A stretch of 64,000 nt of DNA from Candidatus Spyradomonas excrementavium (GCA_018714005.1 DVOA01000051.1:106-64105), one strand, 5' to 3'; shown: positions 1 through 9,436, counted from the first letter of the stretch. The notes: a model not told the origin generated them from the letters alone. Made by a program: numbers and translations.

Positions 1-1014
1 CAGCAGTACGAACAGGCTTTTGACGCGATTGCCAACAACTCGATGTTCTCACAAATGGGCATTGACCTTAAAAAAGAACCTGACAGTTTTCTTCATTTAA
101 TGCTGAAAGAAAGGGTTGTGAACGATTTGACAATAAAAACCCTGCTTGATCAGGAAATCAAGAAAAAACACATAAAAGTTACAAACGACGATATCAATAA
201 TGAGCTGAAAAGCATTATTGACAAGGTCGGTTCAAAGGAAAAATTCAACGAAATCCTTAAACAAAACGGCGTAAGCACAGCACAGTTCAAAAAAGACCTC
301 ACAGATGAGCTCAAAGTAAGAAAACTCGTTGACAGCCTCTCAGTCGTTGCTGTAAGCGATGCTGACGCTAAAAAATTCTACGATTCGAACAAAGACAAAT
401 TCCAGTTCCCTGACAGAGTGCGCGCTTCTCACATCTTAATCAGCGCAAACGAAGAAGAATTGAAAGCTAAATTCGCTAACGAGGACAAAAACCTTACAGA
501 AGCGCAAATTAACGAAAAAGTTAAAAAAGAAATGGCAACAAAGCTTGAAAAAGCTCAAAAAATCCTGGCAGAAGTTAAGAAAGACAAATCACAGTTCGCA
601 AAAATCGCAAAAGAAAACTCCGATGACACAGTAAGTGCAAAAGATGGCGGCGATTTGAACTTCTTCGGCAAGGAAGAAATGGTCGAACCGTTCTCAAAAG
701 CTGCTTTTTCAATGAAACCTAACACGATTTCCGAAATCGTTACCACACCTTACGGATATCACATTATTATGGTTACTGACCGCGTGAAAGCGGGCATTGA
801 GCCGTTTGAAAAAGTAAAACCCGAGATAAAAGATTATCTTGAAAATCAGGAAAAAGTGAAAGTTCTTCAGCAATTTGTTGAAACTCTGAAAAAAAATGCT
901 AAAATAGTCTATAACGACCCGAGTTTCAATCCTGAAGTTATTCAGAAAAAACTCAAGGAACAATCAAAAAATAATCCTGCATTGATGGATTCTCAAAAAT
1001 CGGCTAAGGAATAA
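1..1014 (+). CDS. PpiC/parvulin-type peptidyl-prolyl isomerase (SurA/PrsA-like), 5' end outside window
   Basis: Frame is open from base 1 (QQYEQAFDAIANNS precedes the listed Met at 43). Parvulin-like RASHILI...GGDLNFFGKEEMVEPFSKAAF...TPYGYHIIMV. Confidence 0.8.
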   Translation, partial: QQYEQAFDAIANNSMFSQMGIDLKKEPDSFLHLMLKERVVNDLTIKTLLDQEIKKKHIKVTNDDINNELKSIIDKVGSKEKFNEILKQNGVSTAQFKKDLTDELKVRKLVDSLSVVAVSDADAKKFYDSNKDKFQFPDRVRASHILISANEEELKAKFANEDKNLTEAQINEKVKKEMATKLEKAQKILAEVKKDKSQFAKIAKENSDDTVSAKDGGDLNFFGKEEMVEPFSKAAFSMKPNTISEIVTTPYGYHIIMVTDRVKAGIEPFEKVKPEIKDYLENQEKVKVLQQFVETLKKNAKIVYNDPSFNPEVIQKKLKEQSKNNPALMDSQKSAKE

Positions 1015-1057
1015 AATATTGTCACCCTCACACAGTGAGCAAATGAGAGAATAACAG

Positions 1058-1091
1058 ATACGCGGGAAAACAAAACCCGCGTATTTATTTT
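1058..1091 (+). terminator. Rho-independent terminator after the isomerase gene
   Basis: ATACGCGGG-9 nt loop-CCCGCGTAT followed by TTATTTT. Confidence 0.6.
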
Positions 1092-1107
1092 ATGAAAAGG
1101 AAACACC

Positions 1108-2121
1108 GTGGACAAAGCACTAAAAAACAGCCTGAATGAATTGATAGACAAGTTTGAAAAGGCAAAAATCCTTGTTATCGGCGACATAATTCTGGACGAA
1201 TACCTGTGGGGCAAAACAAACCGCTATTCGCCCGAGGCTCCTGTGCCGATTCTGGAAGTAAAACGCAAAACCTACCTCCCGGGCGGTGCTGCGAATGTTG
1301 CGAACAACATTGCGTCACTCGGCGCAAAAGTATATCTCTCAGGCGTTCTCGGTGAGGATTTGTATTGCAGCGTAATCTCGGATTTACTCAAAAAACACAA
1401 AATAAACAGTGATTTTGTGATAAATGACCCGTCACGCCCCACAACCGTTAAAACAAGGCTTATCGCCCAGAACAACAAGCACCTTGCCCGTGTTGACAAC
1501 GAAACGGACGAGCCGGTTTCCGCCGAAATTCAAAAACAAATCTACAAAAATCTTGAAAAAGTCATTGATGAAGTCGATTTGATAATACTTTCCGACTATG
1601 TAAAGGGCGTTTTGACCGGAGAACTGGTAAAAGATATCGTAAAACTCGCAAACCGCCACGACAAAACAATCCTCATGGACCCCAAAGGCCAAGATTTTTC
1701 CAAATATTCGGGCGTGGATATTCTCGTACCCAACATGGATGAAGCGCTTATTGCAACAAAATCCTCCAGAATCCGTCCTATCAAGGAAATTGCGGCTGAT
1801 TTGAGAAAAATTTGCCTTGCGGACAAAGTAATCATCACCATGAGCGCTGACGGTGCTTATTATTACGATGGAATCGACGAAATCGTCATGGAATCCTATT
1901 CCACCGAGGTTTACGACGCAACCGGCGCCGGCGATACGTTTGTCGCTACTTTAGGGCTTGCTCTGGCGGTTTCGGGCATGGATTATGAAAAATCACTCAT
2001 GCTCGCGAACTACGCAGCGGCCGTTGCGGTCAAAAAAGTCGGCACTTTCGCCATAAAACCCGTCCAAATCAAAGAACTGGTCAAAGTAGCATATAACAAC
2101 TCCGGAGCAAACATTGGGTAA
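1108..2121 (+). CDS. hldA: D-glycero-beta-D-manno-heptose-7-phosphate kinase (RfaE domain I, PfkB family)
   Basis: GTG start. PfkB motifs (VIGDIILDEY...PGGAANVA...DATGAGDTF). 8-nt overlap with the following adenylyltransferase gene. Confidence 0.8.
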   Translation: MDKALKNSLNELIDKFEKAKILVIGDIILDEYLWGKTNRYSPEAPVPILEVKRKTYLPGGAANVANNIASLGAKVYLSGVLGEDLYCSVISDLLKKHKINSDFVINDPSRPTTVKTRLIAQNNKHLARVDNETDEPVSAEIQKQIYKNLEKVIDEVDLIILSDYVKGVLTGELVKDIVKLANRHDKTILMDPKGQDFSKYSGVDILVPNMDEALIATKSSRIRPIKEIAADLRKICLADKVIITMSADGAYYYDGIDEIVMESYSTEVYDATGAGDTFVATLGLALAVSGMDYEKSLMLANYAAAVAVKKVGTFAIKPVQIKELVKVAYNNSGANIG

Positions 2122-2584
2122 ACTAATAAAAAGAGAAGAATTGCAGCCGCTTCTGGCGGATTTGCGCTCACAGGGCAAAACAATCGTAACCACGAACGGA
2201 TGTTTCGACATTTTGCATGTCGGGCATGTCAGATACTTGCAAAAAACAAAGACTTTTGCGGACATTTCGCTTGTTTGTTTGAATTCTGACGTTTCTGTTA
2301 AAAAAATCAAAGGACCCGACCGTCCCGTGAACAACGAAAACGACCGCGCGGAGATACTTTGTGCGCTTTCTTGTGTGGACTATGTGGTTCTTTTTGACGA
2401 ATCTTCGCCCGAAAAGCTTTTGTGCGAGATAAAACCCGATGTCCATACAAAAGGCGCTGATTACACGGTAGAAACGCTGCCCGAGGCAAAAGCAATTATG
2501 GAAAATGGCGGCAGGATTGAATTTATAAGCTTTGTCGAGGGAAAATCGACAACTTCGATTATTGAAAAAATGAAAACCTGCTGA
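2114..2584 (+). CDS. hldC: D-glycero-beta-D-manno-heptose-1-phosphate adenylyltransferase (RfaE domain II)
   Basis: TTG start. Cytidylyltransferase signature TNGCFDILHVGHVRYL. Confidence 0.8.
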   Translation: MGKLIKREELQPLLADLRSQGKTIVTTNGCFDILHVGHVRYLQKTKTFADISLVCLNSDVSVKKIKGPDRPVNNENDRAEILCALSCVDYVVLFDESSPEKLLCEIKPDVHTKGADYTVETLPEAKAIMENGGRIEFISFVEGKSTTSIIEKMKTC

Positions 2585-2607
2585 TTCCTTACAAACAAGA
2601 ATCCAAA

Positions 2608-2732
2608 GTGTGCAGGCAGGTATTTCCCTTTGTAGTGACTATGGGGGAGGGCTCAAAAATTTTGAAATCTGGCAATCTATGTCGAATGCCCGGAGGAATC
2701 GGAACGGAAAAGGGAAATACCTGCCTGCACAC
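2608..2732. repeat. Perfect 23-bp inverted repeat with a 79-nt spacer, between convergent genes
   Basis: GTGTGCAGGCAGGTATTTCCCTT (2608-2630) is the exact reverse complement of 2710-2732. Confidence 0.9.
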
Positions 2733-2746
2733 GCAAAATGCCTCTC

Positions 2747-3736
2747 TTAAACCATCTTCAAACAATTCTCAATCTTTGCGACCGATTCATCAACCTTTTT
2801 CAAATCAATTTCACCCGATTCTGCTTTCTGCGCAAGCGTTTCAATGAGCTGAATCGTTGCGTCATCCGAATTTCTGTAAATAAACATGTTTATCCCCGCC
2901 TCAATCCCCCTCATACAGGCCTCAAGCGGCGTAAAACCCTTAATTCCGCCCATAACCATGTCATCAGAAATAATCAGCCCCCCGAATCCGAGCGTGTTTC
3001 TCAAATAACCGAGGGCATTTTTTGAAATTGAGGCAGGCGTTTTGTCCTCATCGAACGCGCTGTAATGAATGTGCGCCGCCATTATTGCCGGAATTCCCGC
3101 ATTAATCAAAGTTTTGAACGGTGCAATATGCGTTTTTTCAAGCTCCTCAAAATTCATAAAAAGTTCGGGCATTTCCTTGTGAGAATCAACCGAAGTTTCG
3201 CCATGACCCGGAAAATGCTTGCCAACAGGGATTATTCCGTTTTCAAGATAAATTTTTGCACAAATTTCACCCATCTTCGCAACAATTTCAGGGTCTGACG
3301 AAAACGAACGCTCCGCAATTACAGGGTTTTCGGGGTTTGTATCCACATCAAGAACAGGCGCAAAATTCATGTTTATTCCGAACGATTTTAGCTCTTTGGC
3401 GATTTGTCCGGTTTGTTTTTTCACAAAATCCCCGCCTTTTTTCGCTGCCTCGCGTGCGCAGAGGTATTTTGAGCCGTTGTGGAGGTTGAGTGTCCTCTCT
3501 ACGCGCCCGCCTTCCTGGTCAATGCTCAGGAAAATCGGACGGTTTGCCTTATTTTTGATGGTTTTTATGAGGGTTTTGAACTGATTTTCGCAAATAATGT
3601 TGCGCGTAAAAAATATTACCCCGCCAAGCCCTTTTTCAATGGCTTTTGACAGGTTCGGCGAAATTTCTTCCCCCTCCGGCCCCAGAATGAACATTCTGTA
3701 TATTTTTTCTCTTAAATTCATAAAATTATCATACAT
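2747..3736 (-). CDS. nagZ: beta-N-acetylhexosaminidase, glycoside hydrolase family 3
   Basis: GGVIFFTRNI, DQEGGRVERT, NFAPVLDV, KHFPGHGETSVDSH motifs. Confidence 0.8.
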   Translation of the reverse strand: MYDNFMNLREKIYRMFILGPEGEEISPNLSKAIEKGLGGVIFFTRNIICENQFKTLIKTIKNKANRPIFLSIDQEGGRVERTLNLHNGSKYLCAREAAKKGGDFVKKQTGQIAKELKSFGINMNFAPVLDVDTNPENPVIAERSFSSDPEIVAKMGEICAKIYLENGIIPVGKHFPGHGETSVDSHKEMPELFMNFEELEKTHIAPFKTLINAGIPAIMAAHIHYSAFDEDKTPASISKNALGYLRNTLGFGGLIISDDMVMGGIKGFTPLEACMRGIEAGINMFIYRNSDDATIQLIETLAQKAESGEIDLKKVDESVAKIENCLKMV

Positions 3737-3800
3737 TTAATTGAGGTCAGAACGCAAATTTTTGTCGTATTATAATATTAGTTTTATCTTGAAAGTCATT

Positions 3801-3827
3801 GCGACCCTGAATCAAGTTCAGGGTGAC
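3801..3827. repeat. Solo hairpin module H4 (GCGACCCTGAATCAAGTTCAGGGTGAC)
   Basis: Identical 27-mer recurs at 10220-10246. Near-identical reverse-orientation copies at 17230, 22899 and 44338. Confidence 0.9.
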
Positions 3828-3866
3828 GGATTTCAGAGATAACACAAGGGGAGTATACTTAAAAAA

Positions 3867-4376
3867 ATGAAAAAAACGTTAGTTTTATTTTTAATAGGGA
3901 TGATAATATTTTCGCTCGCAGCAAAAGACAGTATGGCTGCACGGCGTTCTAAAAAAGGCGGCGGAGCGATTACGCAGGAAGATATGGACAAAATGTCCAC
4001 TACAATCGATACGCTTACGAAAAAAGTCTATGCCGCGTCGCTGTTTTCACCTCAGGAAAACGCGCAAATGATTGAAATTAAGATAAAACTGGACAACCAA
4101 ATGCTCATCGCGCCCGAAGCTTCCCTTGCACCATTGTATTACAAAGCCGGAAACCTTTATCGTGCCCGTGAATACAGAAAAGAAGCCATTGATTGCTACC
4201 AGACAATCCTTGAGAACTTTTCCGACACTGCACTCGCCCCAAAAGCAACAAAAGCGCTTAAAGATATGGGTGTGAAAGTTGTCGAGCCCGAACAAAAGAA
4301 AACAGAAGACGAAAAACAGCCCGAAAATGGATTAACCACCGGACAGGCGGCTGATATCGAGGCGGGCGATTTATAA
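3867..4376 (+). CDS. Secreted hypothetical protein, possibly TPR-like
   Basis: N-terminal signal peptide. AGNLYRAREYRKEAIDCYQTILENF looks like a single TPR-type helix pair. Acidic tail. Confidence 0.5.
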   Translation: MKKTLVLFLIGMIIFSLAAKDSMAARRSKKGGGAITQEDMDKMSTTIDTLTKKVYAASLFSPQENAQMIEIKIKLDNQMLIAPEASLAPLYYKAGNLYRAREYRKEAIDCYQTILENFSDTALAPKATKALKDMGVKVVEPEQKKTEDEKQPENGLTTGQAADIEAGDL

Positions 4377-4448
4377 TTTAACTGCTGAAAACTATTGTGT
4401 TATGAAAATGTGTGCGCTAACATGTTGTTTTAACACGGAGGAGTTTTT

Positions 4449-4865
4449 ATGGCAGTTATAAATGAGAAATTTTTGATAAATACCCGCGGATTTACCGATA
4501 TTATTGATATTACGCAAAAAGTAAAGTCCGTAGTTTATAACCACAACATTAAAAATGCCACAATTATCGTCGCTCTCGCCGGAAGCACCGCCGGAATCAC
4601 TACGATTGAATATGAACCGGGCTTAATTAAAGATTTGCCCGCAATCCTCGATGATATTGCGCCGATGGATAGAAATTACCACCACGACGACACATGGCAC
4701 GACGGAAACGGCTATGCACACATCAGGGCGGCGCTTCTGGGCAGTTCTGTTACGATTCCGTTGATTGACGGCGCGCTTTTGCTCGGAACATGGCAGCAAA
4801 TTGTCCTCATTGACTTCGACAACAAGCCCCGCGCGCGCAATATTCATGTGCAGATTTTGTCTTAG
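4449..4865 (+). CDS. YjbQ/UPF0047 family protein (secondary thiamine-phosphate synthase-like)
   Basis: YHHDDTWHDGNGYAHIRAALLGSSVTIPL...GTWQQIVLIDFD matches my recollection of the YjbQ family. Confidence 0.75.
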   Translation: MAVINEKFLINTRGFTDIIDITQKVKSVVYNHNIKNATIIVALAGSTAGITTIEYEPGLIKDLPAILDDIAPMDRNYHHDDTWHDGNGYAHIRAALLGSSVTIPLIDGALLLGTWQQIVLIDFDNKPRARNIHVQILS

Positions 4866-4873
4866 GGTTCGAC

Positions 4874-5092
4874 GGATTGGGTTGAATAGTCTTTGGGATG
4901 GGTTGAATGAAATTGTTCAACCCATCCTACTTTCTCCAGCCCTCCCCAACTCGGGGAGGGAGCAGTCGTTGCAATACGTCAGTATTGCTTACGAATGCGG
5001 GTGGGGAACGACCCCAAGCCAGCTTGAAAGCCCAAAAATCACATTTTTTCACAACCATGCGGTGGGAACCGTTGCACTTTTCCCACCCTACA
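4874..5092 (+). repeat. Truncated mosaic repeat element (modules H8-H1-H2-spacer-H3)
   Basis: Shares long identical stretches with 5679-5932, 10081-10412 (reverse orientation) and 17071-17500. Confidence 0.9.
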
Positions 5093-5128
5093 AATCTATT
5101 TTCTTTTAATCTTCATATTTCGGTTAAA

Positions 5129-5344
5129 TCAAAACTTGGTACAATTTTTGAAATCGCTTAGTGCTTTTTGAAATTTTTCCAGAATTATATCAATGAGAAA
5201 TGTTACATGAAAGCAATCTTTATCATTTTCATAACAAGAATGGAGCACTTCTTGTTCAATTTCAGTCATTGTATATATAGACTCAAGGTCTTTGTAAATT
5301 TGGCATAGTATTTTATTCGTTTTTATATTTTTTTCTTCAAACAT
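5129..5344 (-). CDS. Small hypothetical protein, divergent from an XRE regulator
   Basis: 71-aa ORF in an AT-rich patch. No recognisable motif. Confidence 0.35.
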   Translation of the reverse strand: MFEEKNIKTNKILCQIYKDLESIYTMTEIEQEVLHSCYENDKDCFHVTFLIDIILEKFQKALSDFKNCTKF

Positions 5345-5422
5345 CTTGTCCTCCTTTTATTTGTGCCAATTTTGTCCGTACCACGGATTGTCATATTTGT
5401 CATTGTAGCGGACAATTTGTAT

Positions 5423-5635
5423 ATGGACAAGGTTTTGTTAAAAAAATTGGCAAAAAAAATTAAAGAATTGAGAAAAATTAACGGATTTTCTCAGGATGAT
5501 TTGGCTGTTTATTCCGGAATTGCCCGTTCGACAATAGGAAATCTTGAAACAGCACAAAATGACATTGTTTTGTCCAAGCTTAATAAAATCGCAAAAGCAT
5601 TGAAAGTCAGCTTGTCTGAATTGCTAGATTTTTAA
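5423..5635 (+). CDS. XRE-family helix-turn-helix transcriptional regulator
   Basis: IKELRKINGFSQDDLAVYSGIARSTIGNLETAQ. ATG at 5423 is preferred over the GTG at 5363 listed in the ORF track. Confidence 0.75.
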   Translation: MDKVLLKKLAKKIKELRKINGFSQDDLAVYSGIARSTIGNLETAQNDIVLSKLNKIAKALKVSLSELLDF

Positions 5636-5678
5636 ATAAAATCCAAAATTTCTAATTATTTTGCGGCAAATCCGCACA

Positions 5679-5932
5679 GTCTTTTGGATGGATTGAATGA
5701 AATTGTTCAAACCGTCCTTCTTTCTTGAAATCGCTCCCCACCCCAGCCCCCTCTCGCAAACGATACTCAATCGTTTGCTCGGCAGAGTCCGACTCGGGGA
5801 GGGAGCAGTCGTTGCAATACGTTAGTGTTGCTTACGAATGCGGGTGGGGAACAATTCCAAACCAGCTTGAAAATCCAAAATCACATTTTTCAGAATCTTG
5901 CGGCGGGAACCATTTCGCTTTTCTTACCTAAA
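5679..5932 (+). repeat. Truncated mosaic repeat element carrying a nested 36-nt module
   Basis: Same module order as 4874-5092. Bracketed by a 22-nt direct repeat (5652-5673 and 5947-5968). Confidence 0.9.
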
Positions 5933-5946
5933 ATTTAAACAAACTC

Positions 5947-7311
5947 CTAATTATTCTGCGGCAAATCCCCCGCAGCAACCTGAATTTTCTCGCTGATGGT
6001 CAACGCGTTTGAAATCGGAATCCCTCCGGCCTGCGCTGGCTTGTTTACGACCTTTCCGCTCACATACATAACCGTAGAACCGCCGCCGTCAAGGTTCATC
6101 GCCTCAACACAGCCGAATTCTTTCATCAAACGGGCTGTTTCGCCCAGCGTCATCCCGATTGAAGCGTGTTCGCGACCGTCTACGGTTATCATTATGAATT
6201 CGTTGTCGCGGGTGTAACCGATTGCGGTTCTGGGGTTTCTGCCGGTTACGGAATTGAGCTTCTGAGCCGCTGCGTCAACAAAAACCTGCCCGTCTTTCAC
6301 AAGATAAGGCCCCCCGCTTATTATATGGTCAACTTCGCCCCAAATCGGATTGACTTTGACGTCCAGCACGATTTCTTTTGCATCAAAAAACGGCTGCAAC
6401 TTGTCTTTCGGGCCGGAAATCACATATCCTTGCGCCGGAATTGTTGTTGAGCCGTATGATTTTGATATAATTTTTCCTGTGGAATCGACCGCAATATTTA
6501 TGCCGTATTTTGGAGGCGTCGGTGAGGTTTGACCCCAGTCCTGCGTGTAAATAAGAACATATGTGGAAAGCATTCTGGGCTGATTGATGTTGTCGACTTT
6601 TAAATGGGTGCTTCCTGCTCTGACGTAAGAAATAAGCCCGAGTTTTGACATTTTGAAACCATCTTTTGAGATTCCCATGGCAACTCTGTTGAAAATAGGG
6701 CCTGTGTAGATTTTTTTGTCTATCATCAGTGTGCCTAAAGGTACTCCTGTCTGGGGCTTAAAATAGGTGCCGTTTACTGCGGCGATAGAATTATTTTTTT
6801 GTGCAATAGTTCTAATTGTTGCCCTGCGTTTTAAGGTGGTGGATGCTAATTGTGGTGCAATTTCAATGTTGGGGTTGAGTTTTCGGTTTACTTCGACTAC
6901 ATTAATCCTCACAGGCCGCCCGTTGATGTACCTTACGAGCCGTACATGCTTAACCCCATCGGCGACTGTGAGAATTGCCCCGTTTTTGTAGCGCATCCTG
7001 AGCCTTGTTTCCCATCTTTGCTTCTCTTCGGTGAGGCTCATCGGCTGGGAAGTTACAAGCGGCTCCGTGTTCTCGATTTTAGGTGCATTTACATAGGCGG
7101 TTTTCGCGATTTCGTTCCCGATTGCCGCAAGAGGATTGTGAATAACAAGATACTGAGCAGTGAATACGCTTATGAGTATAGTAACATACAATGAATTATT
7201 GATAATTCTTTTTATACTCTTCGGATTTTCATAAAGCGTAGTGTTCATGATTAACTTGTATTTTACTATCCTTTCTACTACTATTGTAGCATAATTTATA
7301 TATCCTTTCAA
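5947..7311 (-). CDS. Phosphodiester glycosidase (DUF2233/NAGPA-like) family protein, membrane-anchored
   Basis: GGPYLVKDGQV...RNPRTAIGYT...ITVDGRE...GMTLGETARLM...AMNLDGGGSTVM. Start uncertain (7311 or 7248). Confidence 0.7.
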   Translation of the reverse strand: MKGYINYATIVVERIVKYKLIMNTTLYENPKSIKRIINNSLYVTILISVFTAQYLVIHNPLAAIGNEIAKTAYVNAPKIENTEPLVTSQPMSLTEEKQRWETRLRMRYKNGAILTVADGVKHVRLVRYINGRPVRINVVEVNRKLNPNIEIAPQLASTTLKRRATIRTIAQKNNSIAAVNGTYFKPQTGVPLGTLMIDKKIYTGPIFNRVAMGISKDGFKMSKLGLISYVRAGSTHLKVDNINQPRMLSTYVLIYTQDWGQTSPTPPKYGINIAVDSTGKIISKSYGSTTIPAQGYVISGPKDKLQPFFDAKEIVLDVKVNPIWGEVDHIISGGPYLVKDGQVFVDAAAQKLNSVTGRNPRTAIGYTRDNEFIMITVDGREHASIGMTLGETARLMKEFGCVEAMNLDGGGSTVMYVSGKVVNKPAQAGGIPISNALTISEKIQVAAGDLPQNN

Positions 7312-7579
7312 TACTGAATATGACTTAATTTTAAAAAATCAAACAGCTGTAAAGCCGCGCGGTTAATATTTCTTAATGGGATTTCGTACACTTAATGTGC
7401 AACCCGTTTACCGGACGGAGTAAGCCCGACCGGCACCGGAAATGAGGCGCTTTTTGCAAAATATTGCCCGATTGTCTAATTGTTCCGGAGATTTGTTTTG
7501 CATTTAATATAATCAAATCTTTTTCATACTTCCAACTATTCTTAATTCCAGACAGCGGGGCTATTTCAGCCCCATTTTT

Positions 7580-7948
7580 TTATACGGCATTGTACAACCC
7601 TAAAAGTCTTACGGGTTCGGGCTCTCTGTCCAGCCAAACCTGGCTTCTTGAGGGGGTTATGGCCTCATTTACCTCTTTTAGGAGCACAGCAAAGTTAATA
7701 TCAATGAAATTTATTGCCCCAACGCGCTCTACAAGGTATTCTTGCGCTCCGCAGTTGGGGCAGAATTTTGTATGAGGGAGGATTTTTCCCCGTTTTATGA
7801 TGGTTTTTCTTTTTACGTTGCAGCATGCGCAGCGCGTCAAATACCAGTGATTTTCGACGTATTTTCCGCAATCCGGACAGTACCCTGCTTCTGCTTCGGT
7901 CGAAACCCTGTCATGAGTGCATTCTGACTTTTTTTTGAAAAATAACAT
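7580..7948 (-). CDS. Zinc-ribbon hypothetical protein
   Basis: CPDCG...CACCN...CPNCG cysteine pairs. Confidence 0.45.
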   Translation of the reverse strand: MLFFKKKSECTHDRVSTEAEAGYCPDCGKYVENHWYLTRCACCNVKRKTIIKRGKILPHTKFCPNCGAQEYLVERVGAINFIDINFAVLLKEVNEAITPSRSQVWLDREPEPVRLLGLYNAV

Positions 7949-8171
7949 ATTTTGCCCCTTAAAATAAATTTACAAATTATTTATAATGACGATTCCAATC
8001 ATGTCAAATAACATGTCAGAAAAAGGATTGAGCCTTATTGACAAAATAAAATGAGCATATAATATGGTATAAGACGATGTATTTTTGTCTAAAAATGTTT
8101 TATAGAGGTAAAACCTATTAAACAGGCAATATAGAACACGTAGTAGATATACAAAAAAGGAGATTAATCTC

Positions 8172-9380
8172 ATGGCACGCGAAAAGTATGAACGTACGAA
8201 ACCGCACGTTAACATTGGTACAGTAGGCCACGTTGACCACGGTAAAACTACATTGACAGCAGCAATCACTTCTGTTTTGGCAGCAGCTGGACAAGCTCAG
8301 GCTAAAAAATTCGATGAAATCGACGCTGCTCCGGAAGAAAAAGCAAGAGGTATTACTATCTCTACTGCTCACGTAGAATACGAAACAGAAACAAGACACT
8401 ATGCTCACGTTGACTGCCCCGGCCACGCTGACTATGTTAAAAACATGATCACAGGTGCAGCTCAAATGGACGGCGGTATCCTCGTTATCGCTGCCACAGA
8501 CGGTCCGATGCCCCAAACTCGTGAACACATTCTTCTTGCCCGTCAGGTTGGTGTTCCCAGATTGGTTGTATTCTTGAACAAATGCGATATGGTTGACGAC
8601 GAAGAACTTCTCGAACTCGTTGAAATGGAAACAAGAGAACTCTTGTCTTCTTACGAATTCGATGGTGACAATATTCCTATCATCAAAGGTTCAGCTCTTA
8701 AAGCTCTTGAAGCTGTACAGGCTAACCCTTCTATCAAAAGAGGCGAAGACAAATGGGTTGACAAAATTTGGGAACTCATGGATGCAGTTGACTCTTACAT
8801 CCCGACTCCTGAACGTGACCTCGACAAACCTTTCTTGATGCCGGTTGAAGACGTATTCTCTATCACAGGTCGTGGTACAGTAGCTACAGGCCATGTTGAA
8901 AGAGGTAAAGTTAAAGTTGGTCAGGAAGTTGAAATCGTTGGTTTTGGCGAAACTAAGAAAACAACTGTTACAGGTGTTGAAATGTTCAGAAAACTGCTCG
9001 ACGAAGGTCTTGCAGGTGACAACATCGGTGCATTGCTCCGTGGTGTTGACAAAACTGAAATCCAGAGAGGTCAAGTATTGGCTGCTCCCGGTTCTATCAC
9101 ACCTCACACAAAATTCACAGCTAACGTTTACGTATTGACAAAAGAAGAAGGCGGACGTCACACTCCTTTCTTCCCCGGATACAGACCTCAGTTCTACATC
9201 AGAACTACTGACGTAACCGGTTCTATCAAATTCGACGGCGAAATGGTTATGCCTGGTGACAACGTTGTAATGGACGTTGAATTGATTGCTCCTGTAGCTA
9301 TCGAACAAGGTATGAGATTCGCTATCCGTGAAGGCGGACGTACAGTTGGCGCAGGTGTTGTTGACAAAATTACTGCGTAG
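8172..9380 (+). CDS. tuf: Elongation factor Tu
   Basis: [22 protein letters not shown] and full-length EF-Tu colinearity. Confidence 0.97.
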   Translation: MAREKYERTKPHVNIGTVGHVDHGKTTLTAAITSVLAAAGQAQAKKFDEIDAAPEEKARGITISTAHVEYETETRHYAHVDCPGHADYVKNMITGAAQMDGGILVIAATDGPMPQTREHILLARQVGVPRLVVFLNKCDMVDDEELLELVEMETRELLSSYEFDGDNIPIIKGSALKALEAVQANPSIKRGEDKWVDKIWELMDAVDSYIPTPERDLDKPFLMPVEDVFSITGRGTVATGHVERGKVKVGQEVEIVGFGETKKTTVTGVEMFRKLLDEGLAGDNIGALLRGVDKTEIQRGQVLAAPGSITPHTKFTANVYVLTKEEGGRHTPFFPGYRPQFYIRTTDVTGSIKFDGEMVMPGDNVVMDVELIAPVAIEQGMRFAIREGGRTVGAGVVDKITA

Positions 9381-9406
9381 TTAGTCAATTTAACACTGAA
9401 AAATTT

Positions 9407-9436
9407 AAAAACCGCTCCGAAAGGGGCGGTTTTTTA
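9407..9436. terminator. Bidirectional terminator after tuf
   Basis: AAAAACCGCTCC-GAAA-GGGGCGGTTTTTT. Confidence 0.8.

Noticed and set aside
4765-5161. ORFs that recur with near-identical peptides, such as GREQSLQYVS(I/V)AYECGWG and HPELVSGS. They occur at 4765-5109, 4907-5161, 5725-5931, 10166-10360, 17091-17339, 17116-17310, 44211-44468 and 36289-36831.
   Set aside because: They are translations of the dispersed hairpin repeat modules. They appear in both orientations and different frames and lack RBSs, so they are repeat artefacts rather than a gene family.
8030-8080. A tuf promoter built on TTGACA at 8037.
   Set aside because: Candidate -10 boxes (TATAAT, TAATAT, TGGTATAAG) lie at 14, 16 or 21+ nt spacing. 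None is clearly right, so no promoter feature was called.
8691-9308. A 205-aa ORF antisense to tuf. Similar long antisense ORFs occur at 42009-42806 (kinase), 31995-32537 (GGDEF gene), 59624-60109 (hydG) and 61016-61483 (der).
   Set aside because: Each lies entirely inside a confidently identified gene on the opposite strand. Their products are low-complexity or Cys/Arg/Phe-rich with no recognisable motifs, which is typical of shadow ORFs.
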